Assembly: GCA_964428275.1 (NCBI GenBank)
Contig: CAYRXN010000088.1
Span: 1 to 28,397, forward strand
Reading direction: 5' to 3'
DNA length: 28,397 nucleotides
From: an uncultured Planctomycetales bacterium
GTDB taxonomy: Bacteria > Planctomycetota > Phycisphaerae > UBA1845 > Fen-1342
The notes beneath the pieces were generated by a model that had not been told where the DNA came from, ran no database searches, and saw only the letters and a list, made by a program, of their open reading frames with translations. A program made the position numbers and the translations under genes. Shown one piece after another: positions 1 to 7,310 of the stretch; the first letter of the stretch is position 1; every line of letters begins with the position of its first letter.

Positions 1-831
1 TTTGAGCGCAAAGTGGAGCAGGGCGTAGAGTGCGATCAGGGCCCGCTGGCCGTCGGAAAGCTCGTTGAAGTCGAATACCGTCGGACGGCCCCCCGCACTG
101 GCAGACGCAAACTCGACGCGCAGCAACTTGGCGTTGCGTCCCAGGTTCTCCAAGCTCAGGTTTTCGAATCCGGGCAAGGCTTCTTGCAAGTCGGCCAGGA
201 GGCCGGCCAGGCTCTTTCCATCGCCCGCAGCGTGACGATACCACGCAACGAAGTCCGCCATCGAACTGCTGGGGAGCTCCGCCTCGGCCTGCGAAGACGA
301 GGCCATATTGGGCGCGTCGACGCGGACCGTGTAAATGCGCTTCAGGCGCTCGCGGAACCAGGTGAGCTTGGTGTTGACGTCTTGAGGCTGAATGGTGGCC
401 AGCGCCGACCGGCTCCAGTCGAACGGATAACAAGGGCCTTCAGAAAAGTCGTCCCGGAACAATCGAACGCGTCCCTCTTTGAACTCGAACAACCGCCCCC
501 CCGCGACTCCGAGCGTTTCCAGTACCACACGCGAACGTCGGCCGGCGCCGGCGTGTTCGATTTCGAGTCGGTACTGATAGAGTTCGGTGTCCCTCCACGC
601 TTCGAGCTCGAATACTTGCGTGGACAACGATTGCCAGCGTGTGAGCGTATCGGGCGCGAATACGGCATCAAGCGGTGCCGACTCGACAACGAAGTCCCGC
701 AACCCGCCCAGAACATCCATGACGCTGCTCTTGCCGGTGCCATTACGCCCCAACAAGAGTTGCTTGGGTTCCAGGGGAAGCGTGAAATTGACGAAAGCCC
801 GATAGTTGTCAATGTAGAGCTGCTTCAACAT
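1..831 (-). CDS. AAA-family ATPase of the SMC/RecF-like ABC type (AAA_15/AAA_21-like); N-terminal 277 aa only, the 3' end of the gene lies beyond the window start
   Basis: Minus-strand reading frame open from ATG (829-831) to position 1. It is absent from the ORF track because it has no stop inside the window. The N-terminus MLKQLYIDNYRAFVNFTLPLEPKQLLLGRNGTGKSS contains a Walker A (GRNGTGKSS). Later FNELSDGQRALIALYALL is a signature/D-loop-like motif typical of this ATPase class. An SD-like GGGAG/GGAGG lies 8-14 nt upstream of the ATG. The gene is co-oriented with pheS and sits 41 nt downstream of it. Confidence 0.75.
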   Translation of the reverse strand, partial: MLKQLYIDNYRAFVNFTLPLEPKQLLLGRNGTGKSSVMDVLGGLRDFVVESAPLDAVFAPDTLTRWQSLSTQVFELEAWRDTELYQYRLEIEHAGAGRRSRVVLETLGVAGGRLFEFKEGRVRLFRDDFSEGPCYPFDWSRSALATIQPQDVNTKLTWFRERLKRIYTVRVDAPNMASSSQAEAELPSSSMADFVAWYRHAAGDGKSLAGLLADLQEALPGFENLSLENLGRNAKLLRVEFASASAGGRPTVFDFNELSDGQRALIALYALLHFALK

Positions 832-871
832 GGCCAGGCTCCCTGCCTCCCCCCTGGCGATGGTACACCAT

Positions 872-2404
872 TCATGATCGGCACAGCGGCGCCTCCCGGA
901 GCCACGGCATGGTGGCGAAGTACAGATCACCGATGGACTTGAGCCCGTGGATCATCATTGCGAGCCGCTCCAGCCCCAGACCCCACGCCAGCACGCGGTC
1001 GGTAATGCCCAGCGGCAGCGTGACTTCCGGGCGAAACAGGCCCGAGCCGCCCATCTCGACCCACTCGTCGCGATGTTCGAGCCACAGGAAGACCTCCGCC
1101 GACGGCTCGGTGTAGGGGAAGAAGCTCGGGCGGAAGCGGATCTTCGGAAACCCCATCTTCTTGTAGAACGCCGCCAGCGTCCCCAGCAGCGACGCCAGGC
1201 TGGCGCTTCTGTCCACGATGATCCCGTCCACCTGGTGAAAGACCGGCAAGTGCTTGTAGTCCACCGTCTCGCGGCGGAATACCGGGCCGATCACGAAATA
1301 CTTGCCCGGCCGGCCCGGCTGGTGGCGGGCCAGCGCGCGGATCGTGGCCGCGGTGGTGTGCGTGCGCAGCACGGGCTTGTGAGCCAGCTCGCGATCCCAG
1401 CGGTATTGCCAGCCGGTCGATCCGGTGTCGCCGCCGTTTTCGTGCGTGGCGCGGATGCGCTCGACGAGCGCGTCTCCGGGCAGCGTGCAGCGGTCGGGCC
1501 GGGCGACGTAGAAGGTGTCCTGCATGTCGCGGGCGGGATGGTCCTGGGGCTGGAACAGCGCGTCGAAGTCCCAGAAGCTCGACTCGACCCACGGACTGAC
1601 GATCTCCTCGAAACCCATCTCCAGAAAGACTCTCCGGACCTTGTCGAGCGTGCGCTGAAACGCGTGCTCCTTGCCGGGATAGAGCTTCTTGGCGGCCAGG
1701 GTCACGTCGTAGGGCTGCAGGTCCACGTCACGCCACGAGCCGTCCGCGAGCATTTCGGGCGTGAGCCGGGTGACCTTCCGCCGCGCCGTCACGCCCGCGG
1801 CCAGCAGCTTGCGCCCGGACTCGGTGATCGCCACGCGCCGATCGGTGCGGGCCTTGACGTTCAGGAAGCCCTTGCGCTTCCCCAGCAGCTTCAGGGCGGC
1901 GGCCACGTCGATGCCCTCGGCGGCGAGCTCGTCGGCACGGGCGGTGCGCCCGCCGGCCAAAGCGGCCAGCAGCAATTCGTCGGGCTGCTTTTCCTCGGCG
2001 TCGGCGCGCCCTTTTTCCGCCAGAACGAGCGTGTCGCCTTCCTTTTTCGCCCAGCCGCGCTGATTGAGCCAGCGCAACGACTGGCCGACCTGGCCGGCGT
2101 TGAGGTCGCAGTGCTCGGGAACCTCGGTGAGTTTGCAGCGGCCGCCCTGCGCGATCAGCACGGCGACGACCGTGCGCTCGGGCAGCGGGGCGTCGCCGAG
2201 CTTCCGGCCTTCCTTGCCGAGGCTGAGCTCGTCGTAGGCGGCCTCCTCGATTTCGACCAGCCCCTGCTCACGAAGCTGCGTGCACGCCGCCATCACCGGG
2301 GACTGGTCGGCCCCCAGGCGCCCGGCCAAGTCCGGTACGGAGACGGGCGCGTCGAGCTTCGCCAGAGCGGCGAGAATGTCGTAGTGAAGTTGTGGCAGTT
2401 CCAT
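872..2404 (-). CDS. pheS: Phenylalanine--tRNA ligase alpha subunit, long archaeal/eukaryotic-type architecture (510 aa, N-terminal winged-helix-like extension)
   Basis: ORF 872..2404(-). Class II aaRS motifs are present: FQPQDHPARDMQDTFY, LRTHTTAATIRAL, GPVFRRE, and FPYTEPS, which is characteristic of archaeal/eukaryal PheRS alpha. A ~200-aa N-terminal extension precedes the catalytic core. An SD GAGGGAG lies ~9 nt upstream of the ATG at 2404. Confidence 0.9.
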   Translation of the reverse strand: MELPQLHYDILAALAKLDAPVSVPDLAGRLGADQSPVMAACTQLREQGLVEIEEAAYDELSLGKEGRKLGDAPLPERTVVAVLIAQGGRCKLTEVPEHCDLNAGQVGQSLRWLNQRGWAKKEGDTLVLAEKGRADAEEKQPDELLLAALAGGRTARADELAAEGIDVAAALKLLGKRKGFLNVKARTDRRVAITESGRKLLAAGVTARRKVTRLTPEMLADGSWRDVDLQPYDVTLAAKKLYPGKEHAFQRTLDKVRRVFLEMGFEEIVSPWVESSFWDFDALFQPQDHPARDMQDTFYVARPDRCTLPGDALVERIRATHENGGDTGSTGWQYRWDRELAHKPVLRTHTTAATIRALARHQPGRPGKYFVIGPVFRRETVDYKHLPVFHQVDGIIVDRSASLASLLGTLAAFYKKMGFPKIRFRPSFFPYTEPSAEVFLWLEHRDEWVEMGGSGLFRPEVTLPLGITDRVLAWGLGLERLAMMIHGLKSIGDLYFATMPWLREAPLCRS

Positions 2405-2594
2405 TCCTGCTGGCTCCCTCGTGCCTCACGAAAATCGGGCGTGTAGCGTATCGCGACCGTGCGTTCAAGTGTAGCGGGCCGGCGAAGCGAAAAACGCAAA
2501 ACGCAGCGGGCGGCGAGCGGAAGCCCCCCGTCCCACCCCACGGCTCGTCGTCGGGGCAACGCCCCCCCTGTCACTGTTGCCTCAGAGCCTCGTT

Positions 2595-2628
2595 GAATGG
2601 CGAATGCCGAATGGCGAATGGCGAATTG
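2595..2628. repeat. Heptamer tandem repeat (GAATGGC/GAATGCC) x ~4.7 in the pheS upstream / fucosidase downstream intergenic region
   Basis: Direct reading of gaatggc gaatgcc gaatggc gaatggc gaattg. Confidence 0.8.
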
Positions 2629-2647
2629 TTCTCCGCCGGCGCGTCGC

Positions 2648-2688
2648 CTCCGTCCCTCCGTCCCTTCGTCCCTTGGCCTTCGCCCCTT
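2648..2688. repeat. 8-nt tandem repeat of the CGTCCCT core (ccgtccct ccgtccct tcgtccct ...); the same core recurs at 10732-10780
   Basis: Direct reading: cctccgtccctccgtcccttcgtcccttggccttcgcccctt. Confidence 0.75.
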
Positions 2689-2712
2689 GATCGCGGGCGC
2701 GGGCCGCGTGGT

Positions 2713-5700
2713 CTACGCGCCCGACTCGCCGGCGCTGGCCTTGTACAACCCCACTTCCGCCAGCGCGGGGCGGGCGCGGCAATCGCGGACGATCAAACGC
2801 ACCCGCCGGGCGGTCACGGGGGCGAAGCGCAGCAGGCGCTTGTGGCCGATCGTCGTGCCCTCGGCGATCGGCCGCCAAGCGCCGCCGACCCGGGCCTCGA
2901 TCGCGAACGAACGCACCCGCTGCCCCAGCTCGATCGCTTCGCCGAGCATCGCCCGATCGAACGTGCGCGGCTCGTGCAGGTCGAGCTCGAGCACCGCGGC
3001 GTATGCCTCCTCAGCCGGCGTCCACCAGGTGTGCCGATCGCCATCGACGACGGCGGCCGCGGGATGGCCTGTGGCCGAGGGCAGGTCGGCGGAAGCGACC
3101 GCGCCGCTGGCCAGGTTGGTCGCGAACGTCTCGTCCAGCACGCGGCGGAACTCCCGCAGCCGGGCCGCGTCGGCCTCGTGGATCAGCCCGCGTTTGTCGG
3201 GCGGAACGTTGAGCAACAAAACGCCGTTGCGGCCTGCCGATTTGTAGTAAATATCAACGAGTTGCCGCACGGACTTGACCTGGCCGTCCTGCGCGGCGTG
3301 GTAGAACCAGCCCGGCCGGATCGAAACGTCGCACTCGGCCGGCACCCAGCAGTCGCCGTCTTCGTGGCCGGAGGTCAGTTGCTTGTACTTGGGTGTGCCG
3401 GGGTAGAACTCGCCGCAGCGCAGCGTGGACCAGTTGGTCTGGCCCGCAAGGCCGTGCTCGTTGCCGACCCAGCGCACGTCGGGGCCGCCGTCGGAAAAGA
3501 TGACCGCCTCGGGTGCCAGCGTTCGCACGATCTCGTAGTAGCCGGCCCAGTCGTACACCTGCCGCTTGCCGTTGGGGCCTTCGCCGCAGGCGCCATCGAA
3601 CCACTGCTCGTAGACCGGGCCGTAGCTCGTGAGCAGCTCGGTGAGCTGCTTCTTGTAGAACTCGTTGTAACGCGGCGAATCGCCGTAGCTCGGCTCGTGG
3701 CGGTCCCAGGGCGAAAGGTACAGGCCGAGCTTCAGGCCCGCCTCGCGGCACGCCTCGGCCAACTCGCGGACCACGTCGCCCCCTCCCCCGCGCCAGGGGC
3801 TGCGCTTGACCGAATGGTCCGTGTAGCGGCTCGGCCAGAGGCAGAACCCGTCGTGGTGTTTGGCGGTGAGGATGACCTGTTTGAAGCCGGCGGCCTTGAG
3901 CACCCGCACCCACTGGCGGGCATCGAGCTGCGTCGGGTTGAACAGGGCAGGGTCTTCGCGTCCGGTACCCCACTCGCGATCGGTGAACGTGTTGATGCCG
4001 AAGTGCAGGAACGCGATCAGTTCCAGTTCCTGCCAGGCCATCTGACGCGCCGACGGCGCAGGCAGCTTCGCCCCCGGCGCGGGACGCGGGGCCGACCGGA
4101 CGTCGTAGCAGAGCATATCGCGCCCCAGCCGGCGGCGGTCCAGCCCCGGGCCGCGGAGAAAGACTTCGAGCCCGTCGCCGCCGGTCTTTTCGAAGAAGGT
4201 GATGGTGAGCGGGTGGCGGCCGGCCGCCAGCGCGACCACGCCGGTCGCGGACCTCATGCCGTGCAGGCCGTCGTTGTCCACCACCAGCTCGTCGCCGATG
4301 TACAGCCGGCTGCCGTCGTCGGAGATGGTCTCGAACGTGTACACGCCCTCGGCCGGGACCGTCACGAAACCGCGATAGCGCAGCGCGAAGTGTTCCTGAT
4401 GATGCCGGGGCGCGAACGTGATCTCCGGCACGACGCCGGCCGAAACGGGCGTCAGCCGGTCGAAATCGGGCAGGCGGTTCCAGTCGCCCTCGTAATACTC
4501 GAAGCACAGCCCCGGGGCGGTTCGGGCGACCGTCACCGCCGGCCGCGGGGCGACCTTGCGGAAAGTCGCCTCGGCGACGGGGCTGACCGGCCGGCCGGCG
4601 CGGAACAGCCGCGCGCGCACGGTCGCGCTGTCGGTCAGCCGCACCGGGCCGCCTGCCAGCGGCGACGAGGCCGTCACTTCGCCGCCGTCGATCGTGTAGC
4701 GAATCTCGACGTTCTCGCGGTCGGAGGTGATCTCCACGTCGAGCGTATCGACGAAGATGTCGTGTGCCGCGGCGATCTTGGGCGGCATGCTCACGTCGAC
4801 CCGGCCGGCCACGTCGAGCACCACGACCGCGTCGATCGGGTCGGGCGTCTCGGCCGGCACGGCGATCAGCAGGGCGTCTTCCCGTCGCGTGACCTCCAGC
4901 GGCGCGCGGTCGGCGTCGGCCAGCAGGGTCGCCCGGCGCGGCTCGTTGTAGATGCCCGGCACGACCAGCGGCCCGTCGGCGGGCCAGTCGAAGACGTGCA
5001 GGTAGAGCCGCGTGTCGCCGCCGACCAGCCGCTTCTGCGTGCAGCGGCCCCAGGTAAGACGGGCAAACGGGCTGGCCTGCGTGGCGTAGATCGACTCGCC
5101 GTTGACCTTCATCCACCGGCCGATCTCGCGCAGCCGCTCGACGCTCTCGGCGGGGAACGTGCCGTCGGCCCTGGGGCCGACGTTGAGCAGGAAGTTGCCG
5201 CCCTTCGAGGCGATGTCGGCCAGCTTGCGGATCAGGTCTTTGGTGGACTTGAAATCGTGGTCGTGTTTGTTGTAGCCCCAGTGCCGGTTCATGGTCATGC
5301 AGGTTTCCCAGTCCACGCCGGGCAGACCGGTCGCGGGGATGCGCTGCTCGGGCGTACCGAAATCGCCGGCGAAGCCCGCATCGCTCAGGCCGCCCATGCC
5401 GCCGCGGCCCTTGTCGACGCGGTTGTTGACGATCACGTCGGGCTGGAGGCGGCAGCACAGGTCGTAGAGCGCCTGGCCGTAGGCGTGGTTCCACGTCGCT
5501 TCCCATTCGCCGTCGAACCACATGACGCCGATGGGGCCGTAGTTGGTGAGCAGCTCGGTGACCTGGTTGCGCAGGTACTCGACGTAGCGATCGAAGTCCG
5601 CCCCGTTGGGCGGGCGGTCCTGCTTCTCCCACCCGCGGCGGGGCAGGTAGTCGGGATGGTGCCAGTCCATGATCGAGTGGTACCAGCACATCTTCAGCCC

Positions 5701-6198
5701 GCGTTTGCGGCAGGCCTCGGAAAGCTCTTTCATGATGTCGCGCCTGAAGGGCGTGGACATGATGTCGAAGTCGGTGTACTTCGAGTCGAACAGGCAGAAG
5801 CCGTCGTGGTGCTTGGTGGTGATGACGATGTACTTCATGCCGGCGTCGGCGGCCATCCGGGCCCACGCGTCGGCGTCGAACTTGACCGGGTTGAACTGCG
5901 CGACGAGCTTCTCGTACCGTTCGACCGGGATGCGCGCGGTGGTGCGGATCCACTCGGCGTGGTTGGTCTGTCCGTTCCACTGACCGGCCGGGATCGCATA
6001 GAGCCCCCAGTGAATAAACATGCCAAACCGCGCCTCACGCCACCATTTCATGCGCGTGTCGCGTGTCGGGCGGGCATTGTCCACCACCGCTCTCGCCGCA
6101 TCGGCGCTCCCCGTCACGCCCGGATCCGGTTGCGCCAGCCCGGCCCGCCCCCCCCACAACATGGCAATGACCGCGACCAGCAATCCGACTTTCATCAT
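2713..6198 (-). CDS. Secreted multidomain alpha-L-fucosidase: GH29 catalytic domain (approx. aa 48-400), Fn3/CHB_HEX_C-like domain, PA14 domain (approx. aa 555-690), second GH29 catalytic domain (approx. aa 715-1020), C-terminal F5/8 type C (discoidin) domain
   Basis: ORF 2713..6198(-), 1161 aa. N-terminal signal peptide MMKVGLLVAVIAMLWGGRAGLA. GH29 block 1: FGMFIHWGLYAIPAG...KYIVITTKHHDGFCLFDSKYTDFD...MWFDGEW. PA14-like: CFEYYEGDWNRLPDFD...ALRYRGFVTVPAEGVYTFETISDDGSRLYIGDELVVDNDGLHG. GH29 block 2: LIAFLHFGINTFTDREWG...KQVILTAKHHDGFCLWPSRYTD...EQWFDGACGEG. C-terminal discoidin-like: HTWWTPAEEAYAAVLELDL...RVRL. SD GGGAGA lies 5 nt upstream of the ATGATG start. Confidence 0.9.
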   Translation of the reverse strand: MMKVGLLVAVIAMLWGGRAGLAQPDPGVTGSADAARAVVDNARPTRDTRMKWWREARFGMFIHWGLYAIPAGQWNGQTNHAEWIRTTARIPVERYEKLVAQFNPVKFDADAWARMAADAGMKYIVITTKHHDGFCLFDSKYTDFDIMSTPFRRDIMKELSEACRKRGLKMCWYHSIMDWHHPDYLPRRGWEKQDRPPNGADFDRYVEYLRNQVTELLTNYGPIGVMWFDGEWEATWNHAYGQALYDLCCRLQPDVIVNNRVDKGRGGMGGLSDAGFAGDFGTPEQRIPATGLPGVDWETCMTMNRHWGYNKHDHDFKSTKDLIRKLADIASKGGNFLLNVGPRADGTFPAESVERLREIGRWMKVNGESIYATQASPFARLTWGRCTQKRLVGGDTRLYLHVFDWPADGPLVVPGIYNEPRRATLLADADRAPLEVTRREDALLIAVPAETPDPIDAVVVLDVAGRVDVSMPPKIAAAHDIFVDTLDVEITSDRENVEIRYTIDGGEVTASSPLAGGPVRLTDSATVRARLFRAGRPVSPVAEATFRKVAPRPAVTVARTAPGLCFEYYEGDWNRLPDFDRLTPVSAGVVPEITFAPRHHQEHFALRYRGFVTVPAEGVYTFETISDDGSRLYIGDELVVDNDGLHGMRSATGVVALAAGRHPLTITFFEKTGGDGLEVFLRGPGLDRRRLGRDMLCYDVRSAPRPAPGAKLPAPSARQMAWQELELIAFLHFGINTFTDREWGTGREDPALFNPTQLDARQWVRVLKAAGFKQVILTAKHHDGFCLWPSRYTDHSVKRSPWRGGGGDVVRELAEACREAGLKLGLYLSPWDRHEPSYGDSPRYNEFYKKQLTELLTSYGPVYEQWFDGACGEGPNGKRQVYDWAGYYEIVRTLAPEAVIFSDGGPDVRWVGNEHGLAGQTNWSTLRCGEFYPGTPKYKQLTSGHEDGDCWVPAECDVSIRPGWFYHAAQDGQVKSVRQLVDIYYKSAGRNGVLLLNVPPDKRGLIHEADAARLREFRRVLDETFATNLASGAVASADLPSATGHPAAAVVDGDRHTWWTPAEEAYAAVLELDLHEPRTFDRAMLGEAIELGQRVRSFAIEARVGGAWRPIAEGTTIGHKRLLRFAPVTARRVRLIVRDCRARPALAEVGLYKASAGESGA

Positions 6199-6289
6199 GG
6201 GGTATCTCCCGTATCCGGTTTCGCAGGCATCGCCCGTCCGGGTTCGTTCGTCCGCGACGCTGGCGCCTTCTCGGTGGGCGGCAGCCGCG

Positions 6290-7093
6290 TTAAAACGGAT
6301 TCTCGCGCAAGATCCCGTCGATCATCGGCCGGACCATCTCGGCCCAGACGCGGTAGCCGGCCTTCTTGAAATGAATGCAGTCACCGCGCATCAGTTTCGG
6401 GTCGGCGGTGCCGTCTGCGCGGATGAAGCGCCGGGCCAGGTCCACCAGTCGCACGCGCTTGCCGTCGGCCATCTGCCGAATCGCCCGGTTGACAGCTTCG
6501 ACTTTCTCGCGGACGGGGTCGTCAGCGGTCTTGCCGCGTTCGATCGTACACAGCAGGATCGTCGCGCGGGGCGCCTTGGTCGCCAGCCGATCGAGGATCG
6601 CCCGGATGCCGGCGGCGATGTCGGCGGCGCTGTCGTGCGGCAGGTTGTTGGTCCCGATCAGCAGGACGATCACGCGCGGATCGATGTGGTCGAAGTTGCC
6701 GTGGTCGATTCGCCAGAGGACGTGTTGCGTGCGGTCGCCGCTGATCCCGAAGTTGGCCGCGTGCATACCGCCGAAGAACTTCCGCCACAGATTGCCGGCG
6801 GACGTCCCGACTCTTCGCCCCGGACCACCCCAGCCCTGCGTGATCGAATCGCCGAGGAAGACGACTTGCAGGTCGGGGTGTTCCTTGCCGATCCGGTTGA
6901 TCGCCAGGTGTTGATCCATCCAGGTTCCCTTTCCCCAGCCCGCCGCCGCGGCGCGGTCTTCCCGGCTTGCCACGGGCACGAGCGTCGCCGGTTTTCTGAC
7001 GGGCCGGCTCGATTGCCGCGCAAGGGCCGAAGCCGCAAGCGCCGCCGCCGTCACGAACAGTACGATGCCCTTGGTTGTCCCCGCACGGGCCAT
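6290..7093 (-). CDS. Secreted SGNH/GDSL-family hydrolase (carbohydrate esterase/acylhydrolase-like)
   Basis: ORF 6290..7093(-), 267 aa. Signal peptide MARAGTTKGIVLFVTAAALAASALA. SGNH blocks: GDSITQGWG (block I, Ser nucleophile), GTNNL (block III), DCIHF (block V, DxxH). SD GGGAGG lies 7 nt upstream. A 91-nt gap separates it from the downstream co-oriented fucosidase gene, so an operon is likely. Confidence 0.85.
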   Translation of the reverse strand: MARAGTTKGIVLFVTAAALAASALARQSSRPVRKPATLVPVASREDRAAAAGWGKGTWMDQHLAINRIGKEHPDLQVVFLGDSITQGWGGPGRRVGTSAGNLWRKFFGGMHAANFGISGDRTQHVLWRIDHGNFDHIDPRVIVLLIGTNNLPHDSAADIAAGIRAILDRLATKAPRATILLCTIERGKTADDPVREKVEAVNRAIRQMADGKRVRLVDLARRFIRADGTADPKLMRGDCIHFKKAGYRVWAEMVRPMIDGILRENPF

Positions 7094-7198
7094 GACCTGC
7101 CTCCCGGAAAGTTGAGCCTACCCGACCAGACGGCACCCGACGAGGCGAGTGCCCCTCCCCACAAACTTACTCGCCCAGACGGAAAGTTCGCACAGCGG

Positions 7199-7213
7199 CA
7201 TGATAGAATCACG
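7199..7213 (+). promoter_or_regulatory. Extended -10-like element TGATAGAAT (motif GATAGAATCAC) about 100 nt upstream of the 7311 gene
   Basis: tgaTAGAATcac read directly. It is AT-rich in a 70% GC background. The same 11-mer core recurs in gene-sense orientation upstream of three other minus-strand genes (10863-10873, 19516-19521, 22323-22333). Confidence 0.35.
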
Positions 7214-7310
7214 GGCATTCAAATACCACGGCCTGTTGCTCGTTACGCACCGGCGCGTTGCCAACACGAGTGCCGGCCCTTCGACAAACGGGAAACAGGA
7301 CGCGCCGATT

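Noticed and set aside
2488-2510. Shared short motifs ACGCA(A/G)AAAACGCAG (2495 and 13238) and AACCAAGAAAA (13191 and 19655).
   Set aside because: There are only two copies each. One copy of each is simply part of the 13195 terminator A/T-tract. This is too short and too sparse to distinguish from chance without genome-wide statistics.
2392-6369. Very long ORFs in the six-frame track on the strand opposite to, or out of frame with, real genes. Examples: 2392..6369(+) 1325 aa; 3254..5980(-) 908 aa; 13868..15949(+); 14322..15875(-); 16034..17431(-); 16723..17940(+); 17928..19196(-); 20372..22504(+); 22201..24720(-); 22665..25583(+); 24772..28284(-).
   Set aside because: At ~70% GC, stop codons are rare in all frames. 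These translate to Arg/Ala/Gly/Pro-rich low-complexity sequence with no motifs. Each overlaps a well-supported gene (fucosidase, prpE, sppA, thrC, lipoprotein, uvrA) that has clear family motifs, RBSs and signal peptides.
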